Source of the DNA: Amphiscolops sp. MND2022
Lineage: Eukaryota
Assembly: GCA_964187785.1 (NCBI GenBank)
Contig: OZ076409.1
Coordinates: forward strand, 12,710,001-12,774,000
Direction of reading: 5' to 3'
Length of the DNA stretch: 64,000 nt
Position numbers and translations under genes: made by a program. The notes under the pieces were generated by a model. That model did no database searches. It was given only the letters and a program-made list of their open reading frames with translations, and was not told the origin of the DNA. Position 1 is the first letter of the stretch; each line of letters begins with the position of its first letter. This document shows, in pieces, positions 21,410 to 33,756 of the stretch.

Positions 21410-24392
21410 ATGGAAATGAATTTCACTTGGCAACAATTAGCAGATTTTGACTCGAAAATCACAGCGTCCTTGCTTGATAGACTCTTGTCGCAGTCACAAA
21501 GTTACTCCTGTTCCTAATCCTCGGAAATTAAACAAAAAACTACACTTCTATGAAATGCTGTTATTCTTCGGCTATGGAAAAAGTATCTTTTCAACCATTG
21601 GAGCAGAGCTTGGTTCGAGATTCAAATTACACTAGCTTCGGCGTGTTTGCGAAAGTAGTCCTCGATAGTAATAGTGTTATTGCCGGTCTTGTCCGTTGCC
21701 TTGCTCCAATATCAGAGAGCGAGATCATCGACGGAGTGAATGATTTCTCGATTTTCCGAAGCAACACGAGAAGGAAAGGGAGCAAAATGATGCTTGGTCC
21801 TGGTTCTTTCATCAATTCCTGCAGCAAGCACAATTGCATCTATGACTTCGATAGAAAGACGAATCAACTGCGCATAAAGGTATTCAAGAAAGGTGGTATA
21901 CAACCAGGGGAAGAAGTTACTGTCAAGTATGCCGATGATTACTTCGGAGAAAAATCAATTTTTTGTTGTTGTCCTTTTACCGAGTATCATGAGAAAAGAG
22001 CTCGGATGTTGCAAAACTGGACGCTATCCCGTTCCAGCTCACGAAATTGCGTCGAAGTTTCAGCCCAGATCGATGAAGCAGTGACTGAGGATGTCAATTT
22101 TGAGACGGTGAATAACAGTTCGCTACCTTTCACTTCGCCGAATAGTAAGCGGTGTCGCGTAAGGGGAAAAACTGATGGTTACGCTTCCCGTCGCTACCTC
22201 AGAAAAATTCCTAAAAAGTCATATCGTCGACGTCGTTCGTCTTCCGCAACAATGTTCTTCCGTCAACTCCAGCTCAAGTCCCGATGGAGGCGCTGTGGTG
22301 CCTACTAGTATTGCCGAAGTGTCATCTGTTGAGTGCCAACCGATAACATCCACACCAGTACATGAAGCCAATTTTCCAGACTTCGTCGATTTCTACGACC
22401 AATTACAGACCTCTGTGTACTTTGATCAATCGGAAACTTCCAGCATTGACACGGCTCCATCTAGTACGTCAGATGACGAGCTTTTTCCGGGATCGAGAAC
22501 AACTGTCAAAATTTGAGGATGGTTTGTCGCTTGTTGCATCTAAAGGTGCTATGAGCGACGCAACGGTGAAGTTAGTTTCGAACCTATTCGAAGCGTCTGT
22601 TACGTTTGTGAACAATGTCCCACCATTTTCAAGTTTCATGAGCCGCGAGAAAATATTTCACGAAAATAATGTGGATTTACTTGTGAGTAATGGTAAAACG
22701 ATCTTTCTGGATTTAGAACCTCAAATTCGACATCTGCTTACTTCAAACGAAGATTTATTTCTCACCGATAGGTTTTGGAGTCCTCAAGAGTTTTCATTCG
22801 CACCTCGTTCAGTGTACCAGGAGACAGTAATTCAATTTATAATGAACACAGATGGGATTTCGCCAATAAAGTCTTCAAATTTTTTGTGTATCCTCTGTGG
22901 TTGATGATGGCCAATCTACCTGAGAGACGCAGATGCTCCTACAGCTATCTCATTTTGGCTCCTTCTTTTGGTGGTGAAGGGAAATGATTATTCGCGGTGT
23001 TCAGTTGAAGGTTGTTGTGGAAGTTGCCTTCGGAGTTTGTGACATGGTAGCTAAAATTTCATTGCTGAATCAAACTCAATTTAACGGACGTTATGGTTGT
23101 CCCAATTGTTTGTCAAAAGGTAGAACTTCCAGCAGTAAAAAGGTTTGGATTTATCCCAGCGATGAAGATGACTGCTTAAGAATTCGAGCGTCGAGGGTCA
23201 CCGACCTGGACACGGATCCCACTCAAGCTGCTCCGGTTTTCGGCATCAAAGGTAAAGTTTTCTCAAATTGATCAAAACACGAGTGAATTTCTCCGAGTGG
23301 TAATTTAACCTTTTACACAGGTCACACCATTCTTGAAAAGTTATTCGACGACTTACCGAATGGCGTATTGATTGATTATATTTTACTGGATCCCATGAGT
23401 GACGAAGCAATTGAAGTCGCGGGGATTCTAATCAGACATTTTCCTACCGATATGAGCCAACTCTAAGGAGAACATAGGCAGGCAGAGTTTCCCGAACTAA
23501 ATTTTGACCTGATCTAGTACGATGAAATTTGAGAAAAGTTTCCAACAATTGAATCAAATTTCTTTTGGTGTGCAATTATTCCATTCTTTCATTGATGTTT
23601 CGTCTTTCACAGCATTTTTGAAAATTAAGCTCGACAATAGGATTTTGTAAGATTTTCGGGAACCTCTGTTGCAAGGTCTATAACTTCCTTTCACGTTCCC
23701 ATCTTCGCGATCAAATGCGCCATTGCGGGTCACTTTCTTCGTTATCGGCCATGCCTTTTGAGTCAGCTAATTATCATCTTATACGGTGTTTCGAAAAGTA
23801 CTTCCAAGCAAATCTCGCTGTGATAAGGTTTCTTCGACAATTTCATCAGAAAAGGAAAACAGCAATCAATTTCAAAGAACACAAGGTTTCGACACTGAAA
23901 ATCCGAAATCCAAAAATGATTGCTGTCGATCCGTCATGTCCACCGAACTTTTGTTCAATAACTGGAGAAGAGTTATGTACCACCAAAACTTCCTTCCGAG
24001 GGAGAGGCTTAACAATCTACTGTCACAACGAGAAATGTGGATTTCCAAGAACAGGCAGTTGCTATCACTTACTGAGTTTTAACCAAGATGGTTACTTGAG
24101 AACTGACATGGCTTTGAATCTTAACGTTCTCCTCTCTACAGGAGAATCATATGTCGCAGTGATGGAGTTTCCAGTCCGACGTACACTTCCAACTTGCCTC
24201 TCTCTGAAACCTGCCGCTGTGGATATTGACATTGACGACAAAATACGATCGTGTTAGGACTTTGGTAGCTTCCATTATTATCTGAAACCAAGATCTGAGA
24301 GTGTCACATTCATTCTAGTTGATGATATCTTCGCAAAGTGCGCAACATTGTCATCTCCTGGAAAACAAAATTGTTTTGAAATTTGCTATTAA
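21410..24392 (+). mobile_element. Suv4-20-like SET domain fused to a CACTA/EnSpm (Transposase_21-like) DDE transposase, copy 1, frameshifted
   Basis: SET core in ORF 21550-22308. Then ELFPGSRTT...SKGAMSDATVKLVSNLF, MNTDGISPIKSS..YPLWLMMANLP, CDMVAKISLLNQTQFNGRYGCPNC, GIKG|HTILEKLFDD..IDY and GSLSSLSAMPFESANYHL, all characteristic CACTA motifs with D, D, E in NTDG, CDM and FES. 69-nt intron at 23252-23320. Confidence 0.85.
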
Positions 24393-24806
24393 TTCGAGAT
24401 TGAGTATTTTACTACAGAGTCTTTTCCCATAAATTTAACCCACGCTCGCATAGCGGCAGATGAGGGCAATAGGTGTAACCCGAAGGCACCCTTACTGTGG
24501 GAAATCTACGTATTCTTTTTTTTAAAGACTAAAACTTTTCGGAAACAACGTGTCAATGTCGAAAAAACTGAAATGGGGACCCTTGGGGATTATATCCATT
24601 CTGTTGCAAAATATCAAAATATGAAGGATGGCCCTTTGGAGACTTTAAAAAAGTCCACAAGGGGGTTGTGCTTTTAGTATCACTCGTTGAATAAAGATTT
24701 TTCGACAATCCTAAAACGCCTTATAGTACTGAAAACCTGACAAAGAAGTTCTACATTGGACGCGAGTTGTAATATTTTGGGGAAAATCGATAGTTATACG
24801 AGAAAT

Positions 24807-24942
24807 GAACGTTATATCGCAACTTTGAAAACGTTACATTAGAACTTTGAAACGTTATATTCGAACTTTGAACCCGTTACAAAAGAACTTTGAAACCGTC
24901 ATATACGAACTTTAAAAACGTCACATCCGAATTTCAAAAAGT
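24807..24942. repeat. ~21-22-bp degenerate tandem repeat (second copy 29648-29783)
   Basis: GAACTTTGAAACGTTA(C/T)A... repeated about 6 times. Confidence 0.8.
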
Positions 24943-26254
24943 TTATATCCCGGTTAAACTCTCGGCTGAGGTTGAACAAAAAGTGGAACATTCAGAATGA
25001 AGTGAAAAAATACCCATTGTAAGAGTAGGGCACTTTTCTTTGGAGAAACGCTGACTAAAAATGGATCCCTCCGATGATTTTAACAAATACTTTGGCCGTT
25101 CTAACAATTGGTTTCCGTTCACCAATTGGTTTTAGTCCTTTTGAATAGATGAAAGTTTGGTCTATTCCTGCGTTTGTCATACATCTTTTGTCCCCATATC
25201 AGTTCATTTTCTTTTGTGATGAATGCGTCGAAACTGGACTCTGATTAGGTATTCGTAGGTCACCGATTTGATGTTATTCGTTCAATTTGAAGTTGAGTTG
25301 TTAGTTTCGTTTCAGCTTTTGATTGTTTTCCAGTATTCGTTTTTTCTCTGGTTTCCTATCGTGTTCGTGATCTCTCCCTGTCAGCGTTGGTTTTTGGACC
25401 TTTTGAACCTTTTTGCTTTATGATCTTCAACATTCTGGGACCCGTTGGAGGCCACGTTCCCGTCGTGTTCCTGTCATATGGACCATTATGAACCTGTCAT
25501 TATGACCTATTCATGAACCCTTGATATCTTTGAAAAACTTATTCAAATAACTCTTCGAAAGTGTTGATCTTCCAAGTCTTTGCTCATATATATCAACTTT
25601 CCTGTGAAAACAAAGCTTGATGCATAATTCTTAGGGTTTGATTAAGTTCAGGTATTTCTCTTTCAGGATGTTTTTGCTTCTTTGAAAAGGCAGTTTCTTC
25701 TATCTAAAGTTTAAAAAAATGCCCTGAAAGGCTATTTGAAACATGGAACCAGAGTCGATGCTTTTGAGGTTTAGTCACTTTGGAGCTGGTAATTTTGTTG
25801 AATGTTTCAAGTTCGCATTTCATCACGCTGTCGCTACTGCAGATCGGTTTCTGCGAAGAATGTCAAAATATTCGTTTCTGATTTGAATATTCATTCTTCC
25901 ACTGTGTGAAAATAACTTAAAAGTGTTTGAAATATCACCCCCATGCGCGGCTAGAGTTAAACGTAACCGCTAATTTCTTTGAATCTTTTAGTGAAAATGA
26001 CACAAGACACCCAAGGGAAAATTGCTAGAGTGTAGAGTAATGGGCTATGATTTAGTACTTTTTTGAGAACTACGTACTTCAAACAAGTGGAAACTTTTGA
26101 GGTTTCATTGCTTTAGAGCTGATCTTTTGGTAGGAGTTCCTTGCTACTAAAACCCTTCGAAATGTCTTTGACTAAAAGCATTCTAACTGTTACGGTCTGT
26201 TTTGTGGATGAGTTTTGGAGTGTTTCTAACAGACTTTTAGCTTCAGTTGGATCC

Positions 26255-29235
26255 ATGGAAATGAATTTCACTTGGCAACAATTAGCAGATTTTGACTCGA
26301 AAATCACAGCGTCCTTGCTTGATAGACTCTTGTCGCAGTCACAAAGTTACTCCTGTTCCTAATCCTCGGAAATTAAACAAAAAACTCTACACTTCTATGA
26401 AATGCTGTTATTCTTCGGCTATGGAAAAAGTATCTTTTCAACCATTGGAGCAGAGCTTGGTTCGAGATTCAAATTACACTAGGTTCGGCGTGTTTGCGAA
26501 AGTAGTCCTCGATAATAATAGTGTTATGCCGGTCTTGTCCGTTGCCTTGCTCCAATATCAGAGAGCGAGATCATCGACGGAGTGAATGATTCTCGATTTT
26601 CCGAGCAACACGAGAAGGAAAGGGAGCAAAATGATGCTTGGTCCTGGTTCTTTCATCAATTCCTGCTGCAAGCACAATTGCATCCATGACTTCGATAGAA
26701 AGACGAATCAACTGCGCATAAAGTATTCAAGAAAGGTGGTATACAACCTGGGGAAGAAGTTACTGTCAAGTATGCCGATGATTACTTCGGAGAAAAATCA
26801 ATTTTTTGTTGTTGTCCTTTTACCGAGTATCCTGAGAAAAGAGCTCGGATGTTGCAAAACTGGACGCTATCCCGTTCCAGCTCACGAAATTGCGTCGAAG
26901 TCTCAGCCCAGATCGATGAAGCAGTGACTGAGGATGTCAAGTTTGAGACGGTGAATAACAGTTCGCTACCTTTCACTTCGCCCGAATAGTAAGCGGTGTC
27001 GCGTAAGGGGAAAACTGATGGTTACGCTTCCCGTCGCTACCTCAGAAAAATTCCTAAAAAAGTCATATCGTCGACGTCGTTCGTCTTCCGCAACAATGTT
27101 CTTCCGTCAACTCCAGCTCAAGTCCCGATGGAGGCGCTGTGGTGCCTACTAGTATTGCCGAAGTGTCATCTGTTGAGTGCCAACCGATAACACCCACACC
27201 AGTACATGAAGCCAATTTTCCAGACTTCGTCGATTTCTGCAACCAATTACAGACCTCTGTGTACTTTGATCAATCAGAAACTTCCAGCATTGACACGGCT
27301 CCATCTAGTACGTCAGATGGCGAGCTTTTTCCGGGATCGAGAACAACTGTCAAAATTTGAGGATGGTTTGTCGCTTGTTGCATCTAAAGGCGCTATGAGC
27401 GACGCAACGGTGAAGTTAGTTTCGAACCTATTCGAAGCGTCTGTTACGTTTGTGAACAATGTCCAACCGTTTTCAAGTTCATGAGCCGCGAGAAGATATT
27501 TCACGAAAATAATGTGGATTTACTTGTGAGTAATGGTAAAACGATCTTTCTGGATTTAGAACCTCAAATTCGACATCTGCTTACTTCAAACGAAGATTTA
27601 TTTCTCACCGATAGGTTTTGGAGTCCTCAAGAGTTTTCATTCGCACCTGTCGTTCAGTGTACCAGGAGACAGTAATTCAATTTATAATGAACACAGATGG
27701 GATTTCGCCAATAAAGTCTTCAAATTTTTTGTGTATCCTCTGTGGTTGATGATGGCCAATCTACCTGAGAGACGCAGATGCTCCTACAGCTATCTCATTT
27801 TGGCTCCTTCTTTTGGTGGTGAAGGGAAATGATTATTCGCGGTGTTCAGTTGAAGGTGTTGTGGAAGTTGCCTTCGTAGTTTGTGACATGGTAGCTAAAA
27901 TTTCATTGCTGAATCAAACTCAATTTAACGGACGTTATGGTTGTCCCAATTGTTTGTCAAAAGGTAGAACTTCCAGCAGCAAAAAGGTTTGGATTTATCC
28001 CAGCGATGAAGATGACTGCTTAAGAATTCGAGCGTCGAGGGTCACCGACCTGGACACGGGATCCCACTCAAGCTGCTCCGGTTTTCGGCATCAAAGGTAA
28101 AGTTTTCTCAAATTGATCAAAACACGAGTGAATTTCTCCGAGTGGTAATTTAACCTTTACACAGGTCACACCATTCTTGAAAAGTTATTCGACGACTTAC
28201 CGAATGGCGTATTGATTGATTATATTTTACTGGATCCCATGAGTGACGAAGCAATTGAAGTCGCGGGGATTCTAATAAGACATTTTCCTACCGATATGAG
28301 CCAACTCTAAGGAGAACATAGGCAGGCAGAGTTTCCCGAACTAAATTTTGACCTGATCTAGTACGATGAAAATTTGAGAAAAGTTTCCAACAATTGAATC
28401 AAATTTCTTTTGGTGTGCAATTATTCCATTCTTTCATTGATGTTTCGTCTTTCACAGCATTTTTGAAAATTAAGCTCGACAATAGGATTTTGTAAGATTT
28501 TCGGGAACCTCTGTTGCAAGGTCTATAACTTCCTTTCACGTTCCCATCTTCGCGATCAAATGCGCCATTGCGGGTCACTTTCTTCGTTATCGGCCATGCC
28601 TTTTGAGTCAGCTAATTATCATCTTATACGGTGTTTTCGAAAAGTACTTCCAAGCAAATCTCGCTGTGATAAGGTTTCTTCGACAATTTCATCAGAAAAG
28701 GAAAACAGCAATCAATTTCAAAGAACACAAGGTTTCGACACTGAAAATCCGAAATCCAAAAATGATTGCTGTCGATCCGTCATGTCCACCGAACTTTTGT
28801 TCAATAACTGGAGAAGAGTTATGTACCACCAAAACTTCCTTCCGAGGGAGAGGCTTAACAATCTACTGTCACAACGAGAAATGTGGATTTCCAAGAACAG
28901 GCGTTGCTATCACTTACTGAGTTTTAACCAAGATGGTTACTTGAGGAACTGACATGGCTTTGAATCTTAACGTTCTCCTCTACAGGAGAATCATATGTCG
29001 CAGTGATGGAGTTTCCAGTCCGACGTACACTTCCAACTTGCCTCTCTCTGAAACCTGCCGCTGTGGATATTGACATTGACGACAAAATACGATCGTGTTA
29101 GGACTTTGGTAGCTTCCATTATTATCTGAAACCAAGATCTGAGAGTGTCACATTCATTCTAGCTTGATGATTCTTCGCAAAGTGCGCAACATTGTCATCT
29201 CCTGGAAACAAAATTGTTTTGAAATTTGCTATTAA
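26255..29235 (+). mobile_element. SET-CACTA transposase copy 2 (more 1-bp indels)
   Basis: Duplicate of 21410-24392 at ~4.85-kb period; same motifs (FINSCCKHNC, NTDG, CDMVAK, PFESAN) and same intron. Confidence 0.8.
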
Positions 29236-29937
29236 TTCGAGATTGAGTATTTTACTACAGAGTCTTTTCCTTAAATTTAACCCGCGCTCGCATAGCGGCA
29301 GATGAGGGCAATAGGTGTAACCCGAAGGCACCCTTACTGTGGAAATCTACGTATTCTTTTTTTAAAGACTAAAACTTTTCGGAAACAACGTGTCAATGTC
29401 GAAAAACTGAAATGGGGACCCTTGGGGATTATATCCATTCTGTTGCAAAATATCAAAATATGAAGGATGGCCCTTTGGAGACTTTAAAAAGTCTACAAAG
29501 GGGGTTGTGCTTGTAGTATCACTCGTTTGAATAAAGATTTTTCGACAATCCTAAAACGCACTTATAGTACTGAAAACCTGACAAAGAAGTTCTACATTGG
29601 ACGCAGAGTTGTAATATTTTGGGGAAATCGATAGTTATTCGAGAAATGAACGTTATATCGCAACTTTGAAAAACGTTACATTAGAACTTTGAAACTTTAT
29701 TTCGAACTTTGAACCCGTTACAAAAGAACTTTGAAACCGTCATATACGAACTTTAAAAAACGTCACATCCGAATTTCAAAAAAGTTTATATCCCGGTTAA
29801 ACTCTCGGCTGAGGTTGAACAAAAAGTGGAACATTCAGAATGAAGTGAAAATATACCCATTGTAAGAGTAGGGCACTTTTCTTTGGAGAAACGCTGACTA
29901 AAAATGGATCCCTCCGATGATTTTAACAAATACTTTG

Positions 29938-30137
29938 NNNNNNNNNNNNNNNNNNNNNNNNNNNNNNNNNNNNNNNNNNNNNNNNNNNNNNNNNNNNNNN
30001 NNNNNNNNNNNNNNNNNNNNNNNNNNNNNNNNNNNNNNNNNNNNNNNNNNNNNNNNNNNNNNNNNNNNNNNNNNNNNNNNNNNNNNNNNNNNNNNNNNNN
30101 NNNNNNNNNNNNNNNNNNNNNNNNNNNNNNNNNNNNN
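29938..30137. other. Assembly gap (200 N)
   Basis: Run of N. Confidence 1.
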
Positions 30138-30436
30138 AAATCCGACATCATTCTGCTTTTATGTCATATCAATGGTTCTTTTGGTTTTATTTGGTTTTAG
30201 TGTTTTTGAATAGATGAAATTTTGGTCTGTTCCTGCTTTTGTCATACATCTTTCGTCCCCAGATCAGTTCGTTTTTTTGTGGTCAATGCGTGAAAACTGG
30301 ACTCTGATTAGGGATTCATGGATCATCGATTTCATGTTATTCGTTCAATCTGAAACTGTGCTGTTCTTTCGTTCATTTCAGCTTTTGATTGTTTTCCCGT
30401 GTTTTTTTCTCGTTTCGCTCTCTGGTTTCGTATCAT

Positions 30437-30860
30437 TTCATGATATATCTTAGGTCTGAAGCGTACCTTTTATATCCTTGATACATGCCAATTATTGGAT
30501 CTTGTTTTCGATCCTTTTAGATCATTATTTTGCTCAAAATCAGATCTGAATTTGCAATTATGAGCGCAGAATTCAATGATTTCATCTGCATCAATTTTGG
30601 GTTTGAAACATGTATTTTTAGATCCTTGATATATACCAATTATTGTATCTTGTATTCAATCCATTTAGATCATTATTTTGCTTAATTCAGATCTTAATTT
30701 GCAATTATGAGGGCAGAATTCAATGATTTCCCAACTTCATCTGCATCTTTTTGGATCTTTCATGATCAATTTTGGGTCTGAAACATGTGTTTTTTAGATC
30801 CTTGATACATACCAATTGGATATTGTTTTCAATCTTTTTGGGTCATTATTTTAGCTCATT
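30437..30860 (+). repeat. ~172-bp satellite, ~2.5 units (same family and orientation as 10046-11088)
   Basis: GATCCTTGATACATACCAATTGG, CAGATCTGAATTTGCAATTATGAG and CCAACTTCATCTGCATC recur. Confidence 0.88.
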
Positions 30861-31035
30861 TGCCGAGACTTCTGAAGGTTTTATGATGACTGGTTCTAAA
30901 CGGGAATCTTGAATCCTCTTGCCTTTTCTTGCCTATTCTTGGTTTCTCTTGAATCTCTTGATAAGAATCTTGGGATTTCTTGAATTTCTTGGCACGATCT
31001 TGCAAAATCTTGGATTTCTTGGTAAGAGTCTTGGG

Positions 31036-31275
31036 ATACCTTTGATCAAATTAAATAAAAACAAAGGGGGACCGTTTAGTCTCGTTTACTTTTGCAAACT
31101 GGAATTTGAACCCACGTACCTTTGCTTTACACCCACGCATTCATCCACTATGCCAACTTTTTTGGCGATGTGTTTTTGCAACCGCCAAAGTATCACCCTT
31201 TGCCTATACGCTAACTTGGCTTCGGTTTAAAACAGATGAGGTCCAGAAAACTTGGGAAAAATAACTTAGTCAGTG
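31036..31275 (-). mobile_element. Family H3 remaining half, with tRNA-like boxes (31095-31160, minus)
   Basis: AAAGGGGGACCGTTTAGTCTCG body motif; A box TGGCATAGTGG and B box GGTTCAAATTCC on minus; ends GTACTAAAAACG like other H3 ends. Confidence 0.55.
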
Positions 31276-33756
31276 ATTTCGTACTAAAAACGCTTTAATC
31301 GATCTGAAAAAATTCTAAAATTTGGCGGAACCTCTCGACATGGTCCAAATTTCCCCCTTTGACCCTATACCAGCGAGATTCCATTTGGAAGAAAAAATTC
31401 GGAAAATTTTTGAAAGGTCGCACGAAAAAGCGTTTATACCGGAAGTGATTAAAATAACTAACCCGAATATTGCTTCAAAAAATTTGAAATTTTTCCGACG
31501 TTCTTAATACAGAAAACACCTGGAACTGTTCTAGTGGTGATATTCATTAAACTAAAAAGGGCTGACTACAAAAAGTAGTATTGAGAACTTGCTGTCATGA
31601 ATCATGGCGCTTTTTCTAGCCATGACACTTGAGCAAATTTTGCATCGTATTTTTCGCGTGTATGATCAAAGAATAATATTCCAAGCGCTGTGAATCAACA
31701 ATTTTATTTTTTCGTTCCAATATCAATAAGACGAGATGTTAGCAACAACTCTCGAGAAATTGTGAACCACTTCAATCCAGGTGTCTCTGCATCAGTAGTT
31801 TTATTCGATTTTTTAGTCTAGTCAGAAGCCAATTAGTGTAAAACCAAATACACAGCTTTCTGGAGCTCAATAATAGAGTGAGCCGATAGAGACAATGTCT
31901 GAGATATATTGATGCAAAATGCCAAAATCAATTTCTTACCACAGATGCTAACAATAATAAAGTGAAATACTTGATTAAGAAAAATTGCAATGAGAGCTAT
32001 GCACAAAAACCCGTGGAGCTACAAGGAGTAAGCTGCTGATTTCGACTCCTCCTTTTCCGCTTCTGCGTCAACAAAATGGAAGGGTCTCTTTAAAGGGACG
32101 ACAGTACAACGAAATAATTGTCATCGCAGAAGAAAACAGAATTTACAGCAGCCCACACCGCATTTGTCATGACGTAGCTAGTATTTCACTAGCTTCAATC
32201 AACCGAATTCAGCCCGTTCCGACCGACACACCGTGGCCTGCAAGGGACTAGGAAGTTAAAATCGCTGGTACGATTAGGCGGCCAAGTAGCAAACAAGACT
32301 CTATGCTTTGAGGCAAAGAACTCGCTTTTCCATTTCCTATAGCCGAGTAGTGCGTGAAGCAAACACAGGAAGTGAAGTTGACAGGTTTTATTAAGTAAAT
32401 TTGAATGGATGACGGGCCAGCCCATTTGAAAAATTGAAATAGCGAACATGAAATTGAAAATTTTCTATTGGAAGACGCAATCAACGTAAAACAGAATTCG
32501 TAAAATACCCCAGTGAGAAAAACTTCGAATCGCTGTGAGCTTTTTGCGTAGAAATTTCATTAATTCTCTCCAGTCTCATTCTTAGAGCATTTTGTTCGTT
32601 AGAAGCAATTATATAGAAGTATGCAAAGCAGTTGGTAAGTGAAAAGCCATGAATGGTTAAATTTGCAAAGAAAAACGAGGACAAGAAACATCTTGATCTG
32701 CAGATGGAACTTTGTAAGTTTGAAAATTGGTCAATGTATCTACTTTTTGGGACTTGGTCCCTAGTAAGCGAGTTTTTCGAAGGGAAAATCATAGCTACAC
32801 CCAATTCACAAAACTAACTGTCGCTCACCCAAGTTTCAGTATTGAGAGCTATATGTAACACTAACTGTGAATGAGAGTTCCAAAGGTCCCCTTTAACAGT
32901 TCGGTTGAATTTTCAAAAATTGAGGCCTGGACCTCAAAATCTAAGAGCCGACCGAAAAATGTCTAAATAACAATCCTGAAAAATCATTCGTTTTTCCTAA
33001 AGTTTTCTTAAGTTTTTTCGAAACTCAAAACTGGAGACAAAATGATTCTGCACGCAACCGAGGAAAATGTTTGTTGACATTTAATTGCTTGCTTAAAACT
33101 GCTATCCAGAATGTTGTCAGCTCTCAAAACCTTTCACAATGCATTTTTGACTGAAAACAACGAAAGTTTCTCAGGAATTCAAGATCAAAGGCAATGAATG
33201 AGTATCGTTTAAAGCAATTAAACATGCTTTGTAACTAGCTTATTTCAGGTAAAATCCGCGGCTGGGCAATCATGCCTGATAGCTTCGAGAAAAAAAAACA
33301 AAGTTGAAATATTCTCTAATATGGGATTATGCACACCCGATGACCAAATTTACAGGCCTTAAGTCTTCGATCTCGCAGGGAGCAAAGATATAAACTCATC
33401 AGAACACAATGGATTTTTTGCATCAGGTGGTAGAAGCGATTGTAGGTTTGATCAAGGTTTGACAGATCGAAATATATTTTCCATAATTGCTATTTAAAAG
33501 TTGAAATCATTGGATATATTTATCACAAGCTCTTCGATTACGCTTCAAATTTTCGACTTCAAATAGAACTGACACTCCTAGTTTCTGTCAATCGAAATTT
33601 TAAGTTTCTATGCAGAAAAGAAAATGCAGAAATCCATACCTTGTTTCAATTGTTTTTTCAACAAAGCGCCAATATTTGTATATTCGATTCCAAAATTTAA
33701 CAAGGCTTAAGTCTAAAGTCGGCGCTGTACCTAAAGCTCAAAAAGCGCGAAGTTTT

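Larger units (their letters stand above)
8493..31035 (+). mobile_element. Putative ~22.5-kb composite CACTA/EnSpm-derived insertion (SET-transposase plus BEN ORF array)
   Basis: Bounded by AT|CC... and ...GGG|AT, with TCTTG-rich tracts at both ends (8500-8620, 30895-31035) and the same 172-bp satellite inside both ends. It appears to split an H3 copy. The TIR match itself is weak. Confidence 0.45.

Noticed and set aside
21410-24392. Calling the SET-transposase SETMAR, or calling the SET copies the host Suv4-20 gene
   Set aside because: Transposase motifs are CACTA-type, not mariner. The SET copies are intronless, multicopy, frameshifted at the N-terminus and embedded in the repeat.
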